The translations under genes were made by a program, and so were the position numbers. A stretch of 45,707 bases of DNA from Candidatus Daviesbacteria bacterium (lineage in GTDB: Bacteria; Patescibacteriota; Microgenomatia; Daviesbacterales; UBA10151), in the NCBI GenBank assembly GCA_030648645.1, contig JAUSHL010000008.1, forward strand, positions 1 through 45,707, given 5' to 3'. Position 1 is the first letter of the stretch, and each line of letters starts with the position of its first letter. This document shows positions 34,379-45,707 of this stretch, in pieces. Below the pieces are notes generated by a model that saw nothing but the letters and a program-made list of their open reading frames with translations, had not been told where the DNA came from and searched no databases.

Positions 34379-35721
34379 TTTGGGTTCATAAGTTTTAGAG
34401 CTAATTTATGATTATCCCCTGCTCCCATGAAAATTACAAGATTATCCTCTTTAATTTCTTTGGGTAATAAATCTAATAATTTATCATAAGAATTTATATA
34501 TTTAACATTTTCTTGATTAATGGCATCAACTAATTGCTGGGTGTTTACTAAACCAGTATCTACTTCGCGACTGGGAAAAATATCTAAAATATATGTTCTT
34601 TCTGCTGGGGAGTTTTTTAAAACTTTAACAAAATCATCAAACAAAGCTTTGGTTCGGGAAAACATATGAGGTTGAAAAACTAAAATAATTTTTTTATCAG
34701 GAAATTTTTCCTTGGCACCTTCCAAAGTTACTTTAATTTCTGTGGGGTGATGAGCAAAATCAGAAATAATTTGTGCTCCATTAAGTTCCCCAATTTTTTC
34801 AAATCTTCTCCCTACTCCGGAAAAATTCATTAAGCTTTTTTTAATTATTTCCGGATCAATTTTTAAAGAAAGTCCCAATTGGAAAACTGCTGAGGCATTT
34901 AAAATATTGTGTTTTCCCGGAATTTGTAACGGAAAATCAATTAATTTTTCCGAATAATCTATGATATTGTCAATGATGTTGTCATTGCGATCCAGCGAAG
35001 CTGGAGAAGCAATCTCCGACCTAGATTGCTTCGTCGTTTCACTCCTCGCAATGACATCCATGATTCCCTTGTCGGATAAATTGGCAATAATTTTTTCTTT
35101 GGTTTGGGAAAGAAATTTTTTAAAACTTTTCTTATAACTTTCAAAATCTTTAAAATATTCCGGGTGATCCATTTCTATTGTTGTGCAGATAGTAATATCA
35201 GGATGTGTAACTAAAAAATTATCATTAAATTCATCAGCCTCAGTGATAAAATATTTCCCCTTCCCAAGCCTGTAATTAGTTCCCCATTTTGGCACAATTG
35301 CTCCAACTTCAACCGTAGGATCAAATCCTGCATCTTCCAAAAGTTGCCCTATCATGGCAGTGGTTGTAGTTTTACCATGAGTTCCACAAATTGCGATCAC
35401 AAATTTATCTTTTTCTAAATATTTTCCCATAAATTCCTGCCAAGTTAAAATTGGAATACCCAATTTTTTGGCTTCCTCTAATTCTGGATTATTAGGATCC
35501 AATGAATAAATTGCCGGGGTAACTGTTAAAATATCAATATCTTTTAAATGTTCCGGAGAGTGTCCTTCAAACAATTTTTTAGCATCAAAAACTTTGGTAA
35601 ATTCATTAAATGGATTTTTATCACAGCCGGAAATTGCAAATCCTTCATTTTGAGCAATTGAGGCTACAGCTGAAGCCCCACTTCCCCCAATCCCTAAAAA
35701 ATGAACTTTTAAATCCTTCAT
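34375..35721 (-). CDS. murC: UDP-N-acetylmuramate--L-alanine ligase with in-frame repeat insertion
   Basis: HFLGIGGSGASAVA and ICGTHGKTTTTAM P-loops, and DFAHHPTEI. Confidence 0.9.
   Translation of the reverse strand: MKDLKVHFLGIGGSGASAVASIAQNEGFAISGCDKNPFNEFTKVFDAKKLFEGHSPEHLKDIDILTVTPAIYSLDPNNPELEEAKKLGIPILTWQEFMGKYLEKDKFVIAICGTHGKTTTTAMIGQLLEDAGFDPTVEVGAIVPKWGTNYRLGKGKYFITEADEFNDNFLVTHPDITICTTIEMDHPEYFKDFESYKKSFKKFLSQTKEKIIANLSDKGIMDVIARSETTKQSRSEIASPASLDRNDNIIDNIIDYSEKLIDFPLQIPGKHNILNASAVFQLGLSLKIDPEIIKKSLMNFSGVGRRFEKIGELNGAQIISDFAHHPTEIKVTLEGAKEKFPDKKIILVFQPHMFSRTKALFDDFVKVLKNSPAERTYILDIFPSREVDTGLVNTQQLVDAINQENVKYINSYDKLLDLLPKEIKEDNLVIFMGAGDNHKLALKLMNPN
34981..35055. repeat. family-A palindromic element (75 nt = 25 codons) in-frame inside murC
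   Basis: GTCATTGCGA..GAAGCAATCTC..AGATTGCTTCGTCG..CTCGCAATGAC. Translated as VIARSETTKQSRSEIASPASLDRND. Confidence 0.9.
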
Positions 35722-36539
35722 TGATTTATTATAAATCTTTTTACGGTCGAAAGTGCTGTTTCCAGTCTTTCGGGTGTACTTTCAATCATTAAAACTAAAT
35801 TAGCAAAGGTGTGTTTTTTTGCCAATAAACTCATGGTATAATAGGCAAAATCCATGTCTTCGGGCCAATTATTTGTTCCTACAATATGTAATTCCCGGAA
35901 AGTAATATCCAACCTCTTTGCTTGCAAAATATAATCAGAAATATCTTCTTTGCATCTCCTGTCATTATCATAACTCTGATTAGACCGTGACATTTTTGGC
36001 ACATCTCCGACAATGCCTGTTATCTTAGAGTAAGTTAAATATTTTTGCATTCTTTTTGGTGTCCGCGCATCTTCAATCGCTATAATCTCTCCGTTTGTGT
36101 TTCTTCTGTAAACACCAGTTTCAATGGCAACTGGTTTAGGGGAAATCTCGGCTAGAAAGTGAAGATATGCGACAATTAGGTTATTTTCAGGGATGTAATT
36201 CATAGGTATGATTGGCGGGTGTTGAACTAACCATCTTGCGTTAACACGGTCAGCTAAATCAAATGAGGATCTATTATTAGATAGATATTGAATTAATTCC
36301 AAACCATCTGGCTTGCCGTCTATTTTTAAAGAAGCTTGAGTGTGAATTGTATAAGCCACTCCCCCACTTTTTTGGATATCATTTAATTTCTTCACTTTTG
36401 TTGGGGTAAGATTTTCTGCTCCTAAACACAATTCAATTACTTCAGCTCCTTCTCTACATAAAGACTCTACCGCCTCAACTATGGGCATATTTGGACAAGC
36501 CAAACCAGTTGAAATTCCTAATTCATATTTTACCGGCAT
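35718..36539 (-). CDS. hypothetical TIM-barrel protein (sugar-phosphate isomerase/epimerase-like?)
   Basis: Alternating beta/alpha pattern with VIEL, IHT, IET and LHIVG strands. 4-nt overlap with the murC start. The assignment is weak. Confidence 0.3.
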   Translation of the reverse strand: MPVKYELGISTGLACPNMPIVEAVESLCREGAEVIELCLGAENLTPTKVKKLNDIQKSGGVAYTIHTQASLKIDGKPDGLELIQYLSNNRSSFDLADRVNARWLVQHPPIIPMNYIPENNLIVAYLHFLAEISPKPVAIETGVYRRNTNGEIIAIEDARTPKRMQKYLTYSKITGIVGDVPKMSRSNQSYDNDRRCKEDISDYILQAKRLDITFRELHIVGTNNWPEDMDFAYYTMSLLAKKHTFANLVLMIESTPERLETALSTVKRFIINQ

Positions 36540-37296
36540 TTGTTTTCCTCCTCATTTCCTGATTTGCGTATTTTAACTCTTTCCGGGTATTTATTCCAAT
36601 CCACTCGTTCTTTTTAACCAATTGAAAGAGATTAATAGTATGGTGATTTTGATGTGCAATATTTAATAAGTCGGTCAGATAGTATTCTCCTGCTTCATTT
36701 AACAGAATTTTATCTATATTCTGTTTTAACCACTTAACATCAAAAATATATGCACCACAATTAATTTCGTTACTTTGTAAGCCACTGGAAAAATATTTGG
36801 CAGCTTCAAGAATTTGTTGAAAGTTTCCTTCTTTATCGCGGATAATCCGACCTAATTTATTTTCTCCCGAAATAAGCAGAGTTACCATGCTGATAACTGC
36901 CTTACTCTTTTTATGTGAAGAAATAAAATTTATTAAAGTTTGCGGAGAATAAAAAGCTGAATCATCACCGTTTGTCACAAGTATTGTCGTAATTTTATGA
37001 TTTAGTTTATTCAAAGCACAATGTACCGCGTGTCCGGTACCAAGAGGATCGTTCTGTAAGATAAATTCACATTCAGAGAAAGTTGCAATTCTTTTTTTTA
37101 CCAGTTCTGATCTGTACCCAACTACTACACAAAGTTGTGCCAAATCTAATTTATTGATTGTTTGCAAAGTATAATAAATCATCGGTTGGCCGGCAATTTT
37201 GTGTAAAACTTTAGGTAATTTGCTAGCCATTCTTTTACCCTTGCCACCGGCAAGTATTACAGCTGCTGTATTTTTTCCAGATGATTTTAAATTCAT
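36523..37296 (-). CDS. sugar-1-phosphate nucleotidyltransferase (GlmU N-terminal-domain-like, no acetyltransferase domain)
   Basis: AVILAGGKGKRMASKLPKVLHKIAGQPM and VTNGDD. The ATG at 37296 is preferred over the TTG at 37359. Confidence 0.7.
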   Translation of the reverse strand: MNLKSSGKNTAAVILAGGKGKRMASKLPKVLHKIAGQPMIYYTLQTINKLDLAQLCVVVGYRSELVKKRIATFSECEFILQNDPLGTGHAVHCALNKLNHKITTILVTNGDDSAFYSPQTLINFISSHKKSKAVISMVTLLISGENKLGRIIRDKEGNFQQILEAAKYFSSGLQSNEINCGAYIFDVKWLKQNIDKILLNEAGEYYLTDLLNIAHQNHHTINLFQLVKKNEWIGINTRKELKYANQEMRRKTNAGKI

Positions 37297-37368
37297 TACA
37301 AAGGGCAGAATTACACGTCCAAGTTTGCTTGCTTGGTCCTCCAGAGGCGGACTTCGCAAGTAATTGAA

Positions 37369-40620
<3,252 letters not shown>

Positions 40621-40643
40621 TTAGCAGGAAAAATTAAATTTTT

Positions 40644-41327
40644 CTAGCTCTCATTATTGTGAGGTAGTAATAACATTAAATATTCTAAAACTGCTCTGAT
40701 GTTTACATTTTGCTTTGCCCATTTCTCCGCTTCCAGTAAATCCTTCAGAAAATTATTATCCAACCCCCGAGGTTGGATATGATTGATTAATTGGTTTCTA
40801 AAATAAGCGGTCATTGTAAAAAGAAAATTTTCTTTATCTTCAAGCTTTTCTATAAATTTAAATCTTTCTTCCATATTTGCTTCCAAAAGTTTCTCAATTT
40901 CTTCCTGATATTTTTGTCCAACTAATCCAACCTCGGGGGTTGGAGTATTTTGGAGATTAATTATTTTGCATCGGGAAATAATGGTTGGCAGAAGTTGATC
41001 TTCTGATCTTGCTCCTAAAATTAAAGAAACACAGTCCCCTGCTTCTTCTAAAGTTTTAAGCAGTGCGTTTTGGGCATCCAAACTTAAATTTTCGGCAACT
41101 AAAAGCACAACAGCCTGATTTTTTCCTTGATATGGTTTTAAACTTAAAAATTCCTGAATTTTTCTGCTCTCCCCTATCCCCAACTTTTCTTCTTGCGAAA
41201 ACCAAAGGGTGTTGGGGTGATTTTGTGAAAGATCTAAACCCTTTAAAATTTGCTCAATTTCACTTTGTCTTACCGTAATATCAGGATGAATTACTAAACT
41301 TGAAATCATGAAATGATTATACTGCAT
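40644..41327 (-). CDS. holB: short DNA polymerase III delta-prime-like clamp-loader subunit (no P-loop) containing two REP hairpins
   Basis: LSLDAQNALLKTLEE and LLPTIISRCK match the sensor-1/SRC region of delta-prime. The start could be ATG 41327, ATG 41309 or GTG 41333. Confidence 0.5.
   Translation of the reverse strand: MQYNHFMISSLVIHPDITVRQSEIEQILKGLDLSQNHPNTLWFSQEEKLGIGESRKIQEFLSLKPYQGKNQAVVLLVAENLSLDAQNALLKTLEEAGDCVSLILGARSEDQLLPTIISRCKIINLQNTPTPEVGLVGQKYQEEIEKLLEANMEERFKFIEKLEDKENFLFTMTAYFRNQLINHIQPRGLDNNFLKDLLEAEKWAKQNVNIRAVLEYLMLLLPHNNES
40757..40780. repeat. REP-like hairpin TATCCAACC-CCCGA-GGTTGGATA(T) inside the holB-like gene
   Basis: Same sequence as the RAYT-flanking REP. Translated as HIQPRGLD. 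Confidence 0.9.
40926..40944. repeat. REP-like hairpin TCCAACC-TCGGG-GGTTGGA inside the holB-like gene (opposite orientation)
   Basis: Inverted relative to 40757-40780. Translated as TPTPEVGL. Confidence 0.9.
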
Positions 41328-41392
41328 TGACACTAATCATCAACTCTGGCAATAATAGAGATAAGGTCTGCTATTTGGTGGACGAGGAAATT

Positions 41393-43090
41393 ATGGTACA
41401 AACTGCTCAACTTGGGGTTGATGATATTTTAGCAAAACAAGGGGTTTTAACCCCTGATCAACTTTCCTCAATTAAACTGGAAGCAATTAACAGTGGTAAA
41501 CAGATTGAGCAGATTATTGAAGAACATCAATTAGCATCTCCGGCAAGGCTTGCTTCCGCCAAAGCTCAAATTTTAGGTGTTTCCTATATAAATTTGGAAG
41601 GCAAGGCTATATCTTCTGAAATCTTAAATTTTATTCCGGAAGCCGTTGCCCGTCGTTATCGCTTAATCCCCTTTGATAGAAAGAGTGATAAGTTGTTTGT
41701 GGCCATGGCTGATCCGTTAGATTTACAAATTGTTCAATTTATTGAAAAAAAATCAGGGTTATTTGTAAAACCATATTTGGCAGTAGCAGATGATATTTTA
41801 AAAGCCATTTCCGATCAGTACTCCCAGAATTTAACTACAGAAGTAACTTCGGCTCTGCGGGAAGTTACATCTTATAATAAACCAAAAGAAGAAGCAGATA
41901 AAACAGAAATAATTCATGAAGCTCCGGTGGCCAATATTATTTCTCAACTTTTAGATTATGCTGTTAAATCTAAAGCTTCCGATATTCATATTGAACCATT
42001 AGAGGATAAAACCAGAGTCAGATATAGAATTGATGGAATTTTACATGAGAAAGTTATTTTACCGAGAGGGGTACATGATGCACTGGTTTCCAGAATTAAA
42101 ATTCTTTCCAGTTTAAAGATTGAGGAAAAAAGATTACCACAAGATGGACGTTTTAGCTACACTTCCGGCAAATCTATTTTTGACCTGCGTGTTTCGACAG
42201 TCCCAACTATTTATGGTGAAAAAGTGGTAATGAGGTTATTGCCAAAAACTTCAGTTGCTCCAACTCTTATGGATTTAGGACTTCGTGGGTTGGCACTAAA
42301 AAATTTAGAAAATCAAATCTTAAGACCACATGGCATTATTCTTATCTGCGGTCCAACCGGATCCGGAAAAACTACAACTTTATATTCAATTTTAACTAAA
42401 ATTTCAACTACAAAAGTTAATATTTTAACAATTGAAGATCCGGTTGAGTATCAAATCCCCGGAGCTAATCAAATTCAGGCCAATCCTCAAATTGGTTTAA
42501 CTTTTGCAGCAGCTCTACGTTCATTTTTGCGTCAGGATCCGAATATCATGCTGGTCGGAGAAATCCGTGATAGTGAAACTGCAGATTTGGCAATTCAGGC
42601 AGCTCTGACCGGCCATGAAGTTTTTTCAACTTTACATACCAACACTGCTTCAGGCTCACTGCCCCGACTTTTAGATATGGGCATGGAGCCATTTCTTTTA
42701 GCCTCATCTATCAATGCTGTTGTCGGTCAACGAATACTCCGAAAAATTTGTTCTCATTGTAAAACTACTTATACTCCTCCACCGGAAATTGTAGAAAATA
42801 TCCGTAAAAATTTGGGAAATTTAATGAAAGAAGGCAATCAGATTTCTCTTTATAAAGGAGTGGGCTGTGCTGAATGTGGTAATTCAGGTTATTCAGGCAG
42901 AGTGGGGATTTTTGAAGTTTTGGTAGTTTCACCAAAGATAATGAGATTAATTTTAGGCAGATCTTCTGCCTCGGAAATGGAAGCAGAGGCCGTTATAGAG
43001 GGAATGGTGACCTTAAAACAGGACGGATATATGAAGGTTTTGGAAGGAGTTACAACTTTGGAAGAAGTGTTGCGGGTTGCTGAGGACTAA
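41393..43090 (+). CDS. pilB: type IV pilus assembly ATPase (GspE/PilB family)
   Basis: N-terminal T2SSE_N-like domain, Walker A GPTGSGKTTT, Asp/His boxes, and tetracysteine CSHC..x28..CAEC. GAGGAAATT SD before the ATG at 41393. Confidence 0.9.
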   Translation: MVQTAQLGVDDILAKQGVLTPDQLSSIKLEAINSGKQIEQIIEEHQLASPARLASAKAQILGVSYINLEGKAISSEILNFIPEAVARRYRLIPFDRKSDKLFVAMADPLDLQIVQFIEKKSGLFVKPYLAVADDILKAISDQYSQNLTTEVTSALREVTSYNKPKEEADKTEIIHEAPVANIISQLLDYAVKSKASDIHIEPLEDKTRVRYRIDGILHEKVILPRGVHDALVSRIKILSSLKIEEKRLPQDGRFSYTSGKSIFDLRVSTVPTIYGEKVVMRLLPKTSVAPTLMDLGLRGLALKNLENQILRPHGIILICGPTGSGKTTTLYSILTKISTTKVNILTIEDPVEYQIPGANQIQANPQIGLTFAAALRSFLRQDPNIMLVGEIRDSETADLAIQAALTGHEVFSTLHTNTASGSLPRLLDMGMEPFLLASSINAVVGQRILRKICSHCKTTYTPPPEIVENIRKNLGNLMKEGNQISLYKGVGCAECGNSGYSGRVGIFEVLVVSPKIMRLILGRSSASEMEAEAVIEGMVTLKQDGYMKVLEGVTTLEEVLRVAED

Positions 43091-43099
43091 AATGAGTGT

Positions 43100-43165
43100 A
43101 ATTTTAAATTTTTAATTTTAAATTTTAAATTAGTTTTAAAATTTGATTTTTAAAATTTGAGTTTT
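43100..43165. repeat. family-C AT-rich intergenic repeat
   Basis: AATTTTAAATTTTTAATTTTAAATTTTAAATTAGTTTTAAAATTTGATTTTTAAAATTTGAGTTTT. Related to 26868-26930. Confidence 0.7.
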
Positions 43166-43183
43166 GGGCAGCATTTTAAAAAT

Positions 43184-44254
43184 ATGAATATTCATCAATT
43201 ATTAGAATTAACAGTTGCAAGAAAAGCTTCAGATCTACATTTGGTTGTAGGTTATCCTCCTACTCTTAGAATTAACGGAGAATTAGTTGAAGTTGCCGGT
43301 AGTGTCCTTCTGGATGACAATGAGATGGGTAATTTAATATCTCCCCTGCTTACTCAGACACAAAAACAAACTTTTGAAAAAGATTTAGAGTTAGATTTTG
43401 CAATCAATTTACAAAATCAAGCCAGGTTTAGGGTAAATATTTTTCAGGAGAGAGGTCACTTAACTGCCAGTTTGAGACTTATTCCTTTAATTATTCCGGA
43501 ATTATCTAATTTGGGATTACCGCCGGCTGTGGAAAAATTTGCTGATCTAAAACAGGGTTTAATTTTAATAACCGGACCTACCGGTCATGGAAAATCAACT
43601 ACCTTGGCTGCTTTAATTAATAAGATAAATCAGACACGAAATGCTCATATTTTAACAGTTGAAGATCCGATTGAGTATATTTACCCCAAGGCTAAAGGTT
43701 TAATTTCTCAAAGGGAATTATTGGTTGATACCAAAGCTTGGCCAAATGCTTTGCGGGCAGCACTTCGGGAAGATCCTGATGTGGTTTTGGTGGGAGAAAT
43801 GAGAGATCTGGAAACTATTATGGCAACACTGACAATTGCAGAAACCGGTCATTTGGTTTTTGCCACACTTCATACCAACAGTGCTGCTCAAACTGTTGAT
43901 CGAATCATTGATGTTTTTCCGGAACAGCAACAATCTCAGGTGAGATTACAACTTGCCTCAGTTATTGAGGCAGTGGTTTCACAACGATTAATTCCCACAA
44001 TTAAACCGGGCAGGGCTTTGGCAGTTGAACTTTTGATTTCCACTCCTGCTCTGGCATCTATTATCCGTGATGGTAAAACTCATTTGATTGATAATTTAAT
44101 TCAAACTTCAGCAGAACTGGGTATGGTGAGTTTGGAAAGATCACTGGTTTCTTTAGTTAAAAATGGGAGCATCAGTTTTGAAATGGCTCAAAGTTATTCT
44201 CTCCGTCCTGATTTACTGGCAAAACTTTTGACTGAAGCTGAACGAGGGAGATAA
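43184..44254 (+). CDS. pilT: twitching-motility retraction ATPase (PilT family)
   Basis: ASDLHL, Walker A GPTGHGKSTT, VGEMRDLET, GHLVFATLHTN. The ATG at 43184 is preferred over the TTG at 43157. Confidence 0.9.
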   Translation: MNIHQLLELTVARKASDLHLVVGYPPTLRINGELVEVAGSVLLDDNEMGNLISPLLTQTQKQTFEKDLELDFAINLQNQARFRVNIFQERGHLTASLRLIPLIIPELSNLGLPPAVEKFADLKQGLILITGPTGHGKSTTLAALINKINQTRNAHILTVEDPIEYIYPKAKGLISQRELLVDTKAWPNALRAALREDPDVVLVGEMRDLETIMATLTIAETGHLVFATLHTNSAAQTVDRIIDVFPEQQQSQVRLQLASVIEAVVSQRLIPTIKPGRALAVELLISTPALASIIRDGKTHLIDNLIQTSAELGMVSLERSLVSLVKNGSISFEMAQSYSLRPDLLAKLLTEAERGR

Positions 44255-44345
44255 TAAACCGATTTAACTCGAGTTTGCAACTCTCATTAAATGGTTTGAA
44301 CTCAAAATTTTGATTAAAAGTTGCAGATTGGAGTATTTTGAGTAT
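44254..44345 (+). promoter_or_regulatory. conserved intergenic module, copy 2: hairpin plus promoter-like hexamers
   Basis: Near-identical to 2117-2212. The ATG of pilC follows immediately, with no SD. Confidence 0.6.
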
Positions 44346-45557
44346 ATGGCTATTTTTAAATATGTTGCCAAAGACATGCAAGGTGTATATCACAAAGGTG
44401 AAATTGAAACTGCTGATGAATCACATGCAGTTGCACTTCTCCGCAAAAAGAAATTAATTATCACTTCTTTAAAAATTAAAGGTGCTTCAGGAAATATGCC
44501 TTGGGATAAATTTATGAATAGGGTGCCATTTTCTGAGGTAGTGATTATGACCAGACAGTTGGCTACTATGATTGAAGCCGGATTGGTTTTATCAGAAGCT
44601 TTGGATATTTTGGAAGATCAACAGGAAAATAAACATTTTAAAGCTGTACTGGAAAATGTCTCTAAAGATATAAAAGCAGGTTTGGATTTTGCCACAGCTT
44701 TGGAAAAACATCCTGATATTTTTCCGCCTCTTTATAGCAAATTAGTCAAAGCCGGTCAGGCTTCCGGAAAACTGGATACAATTTTACTCGAACTTGCCAA
44801 AAATTTAGAAAAAGAAAGAGAATTTAAAAGCAGGGTCAGGGGAGCAATGATTTACCCAATTGTGATTGTGTTTATGATGATTGTAGTAATGTGTATCATG
44901 GTATTTTTTGTGATGCCAAAGCTAATTGGTCTTTATAAGGATTCAGGAATGGATTTGCCCTTGCCTACTAAAATTATGATTACAGGGTCAGACATTATTA
45001 TTAATTTTTGGTGGTTGATTTTGATGGTAATCATTGGAATAGTTATTCTTTTTAAAAAATTTGCTGCTACTACCAAAGGCAGATTATTTATTGATCAAAG
45101 AATACTAAAAACACCGGTTTTGGGAAAAGTTACATCTGTCGTAATTTTAACCAGTTTTACCAGAACATTTGGGTTATTAATTGCTTCCGGTCTTTCCATT
45201 TTAGAATCAATTCAAATTGTCAGTGATATTACCGGTAACAAAGTTTATCAAAACTGTTTGGAAACAGCTTATAAAGGAGTGGAAAAAGGTTTACCTTTAT
45301 CCACCCAACTTTTATCGATGAAAGAGTTTCCTAAAATTGTGGGTCAGATGGTTAAAACCGGAGAAGAAACAGGAAAATTAGATGAAATTATATTAAAACT
45401 GAGTGATTATTTTCAGTCAGAAGCTGATAATGCTTTAAAAAATATTACAACTTTAATAGAACCGATAGTATTAGTGATTTTGGGTATAGGAGTAGGGATT
45501 TTGGTAATCTCTATTATTCTTCCTATCTATCAATTAACTACCAATATAAGTCATTGA
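44346..45557 (+). CDS. pilC: type IV pilus inner-membrane platform protein (PilC/GspF family)
   Basis: Two GspF repeats (RQLATMIEAGL.., FTRTFGLLIASGL..) and 3 TM segments. The ATG at 44346 is preferred. Confidence 0.9.
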   Translation: MAIFKYVAKDMQGVYHKGEIETADESHAVALLRKKKLIITSLKIKGASGNMPWDKFMNRVPFSEVVIMTRQLATMIEAGLVLSEALDILEDQQENKHFKAVLENVSKDIKAGLDFATALEKHPDIFPPLYSKLVKAGQASGKLDTILLELAKNLEKEREFKSRVRGAMIYPIVIVFMMIVVMCIMVFFVMPKLIGLYKDSGMDLPLPTKIMITGSDIIINFWWLILMVIIGIVILFKKFAATTKGRLFIDQRILKTPVLGKVTSVVILTSFTRTFGLLIASGLSILESIQIVSDITGNKVYQNCLETAYKGVEKGLPLSTQLLSMKEFPKIVGQMVKTGEETGKLDEIILKLSDYFQSEADNALKNITTLIEPIVLVILGIGVGILVISIILPIYQLTTNISH

Positions 45558-45568
45558 TTTTGGTAACT

Positions 45569-45707
45569 GTAATGCGAAATCTCAATTGATATAGTTTTGC
45601 GAAATCTGAACTGAAACAATCTCAAACATTTTTTGTGTCCTTTAATTAACTACTCTTTGTCATTGCGAGCGATCCGGCAATTGCCGGAGAGCGTGGCAAT
45701 CTCTTAA
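45569..45707 (+). repeat. 139-nt dispersed repeat, copy 3, ending exactly at the window end
   Basis: Direct copy of 1021-1159 (about 3 mismatches) and a perfect inverted copy of 1-138. Confidence 0.9.

Noticed and set aside
30692-35055. Whether the recurring palindromes could be a CRISPR array
   Set aside because: The copies are irregularly spaced (kilobases apart), differ in length and arm order, lie inside genes, and no cas genes are present.

Overview
This is an AT-rich, gene-dense bacterial chromosomal fragment. It is probably a whole contig, because both ends stop at the same boundary of the same repeat. The gene content is: minimal cell-wall genes murD/murI/murC, gyrA, an intein-split gyrB, ruvC, yebC, a short holB-like gene, a type IV pilus pilB-pilT-pilC block, a GAF histidine kinase, an orphan receiver, and many small membrane or secreted proteins. 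There are no biosynthetic pathways. This content, plus the 'GTCATTGCGAG / GCAATCT' repeat vocabulary, suggests a Candidate Phyla Radiation (Patescibacteria) genome; that taxonomic call is inference only. Main points follow. (1) A translationally coupled six-gene operon at 9.8-14.8 kb combines a minimal TGT/DpdA-like transglycosylase, a thymidylate-kinase-like/transglutaminase-fold fusion, an MTH1-like Nudix, a QueC-like PP-loop enzyme, a GT2 glycosyltransferase and a Cys-rich Zn-ribbon protein. I read it as a candidate undescribed 7-deazapurine nucleic-acid hypermodification system. (2) At least four families of short palindromic or AT-rich repeats occur. Several copies sit in-frame inside essential genes (gyrA, murD, murC, rluD-like, holB-like), in the manner of Rickettsia palindromic elements. 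(3) A RAYT-type Y1 transposase is flanked by inverted REP hairpins, and a REP doublet lies inside the holB-like gene. (4) A 430-aa HNH-type intein interrupts gyrB. (5) A cohesin/dockerin surface-protein island lies between two tyrosine recombinase genes, and one cohesin gene has a (GTCGTCA)4 tract in its 5' end. (6) A 139-nt repeat is present three times, and two inverted copies form the window ends. I recognised no rRNA, tRNA or CRISPR array by eye. All family assignments come from motifs read in the translations, not from searches.
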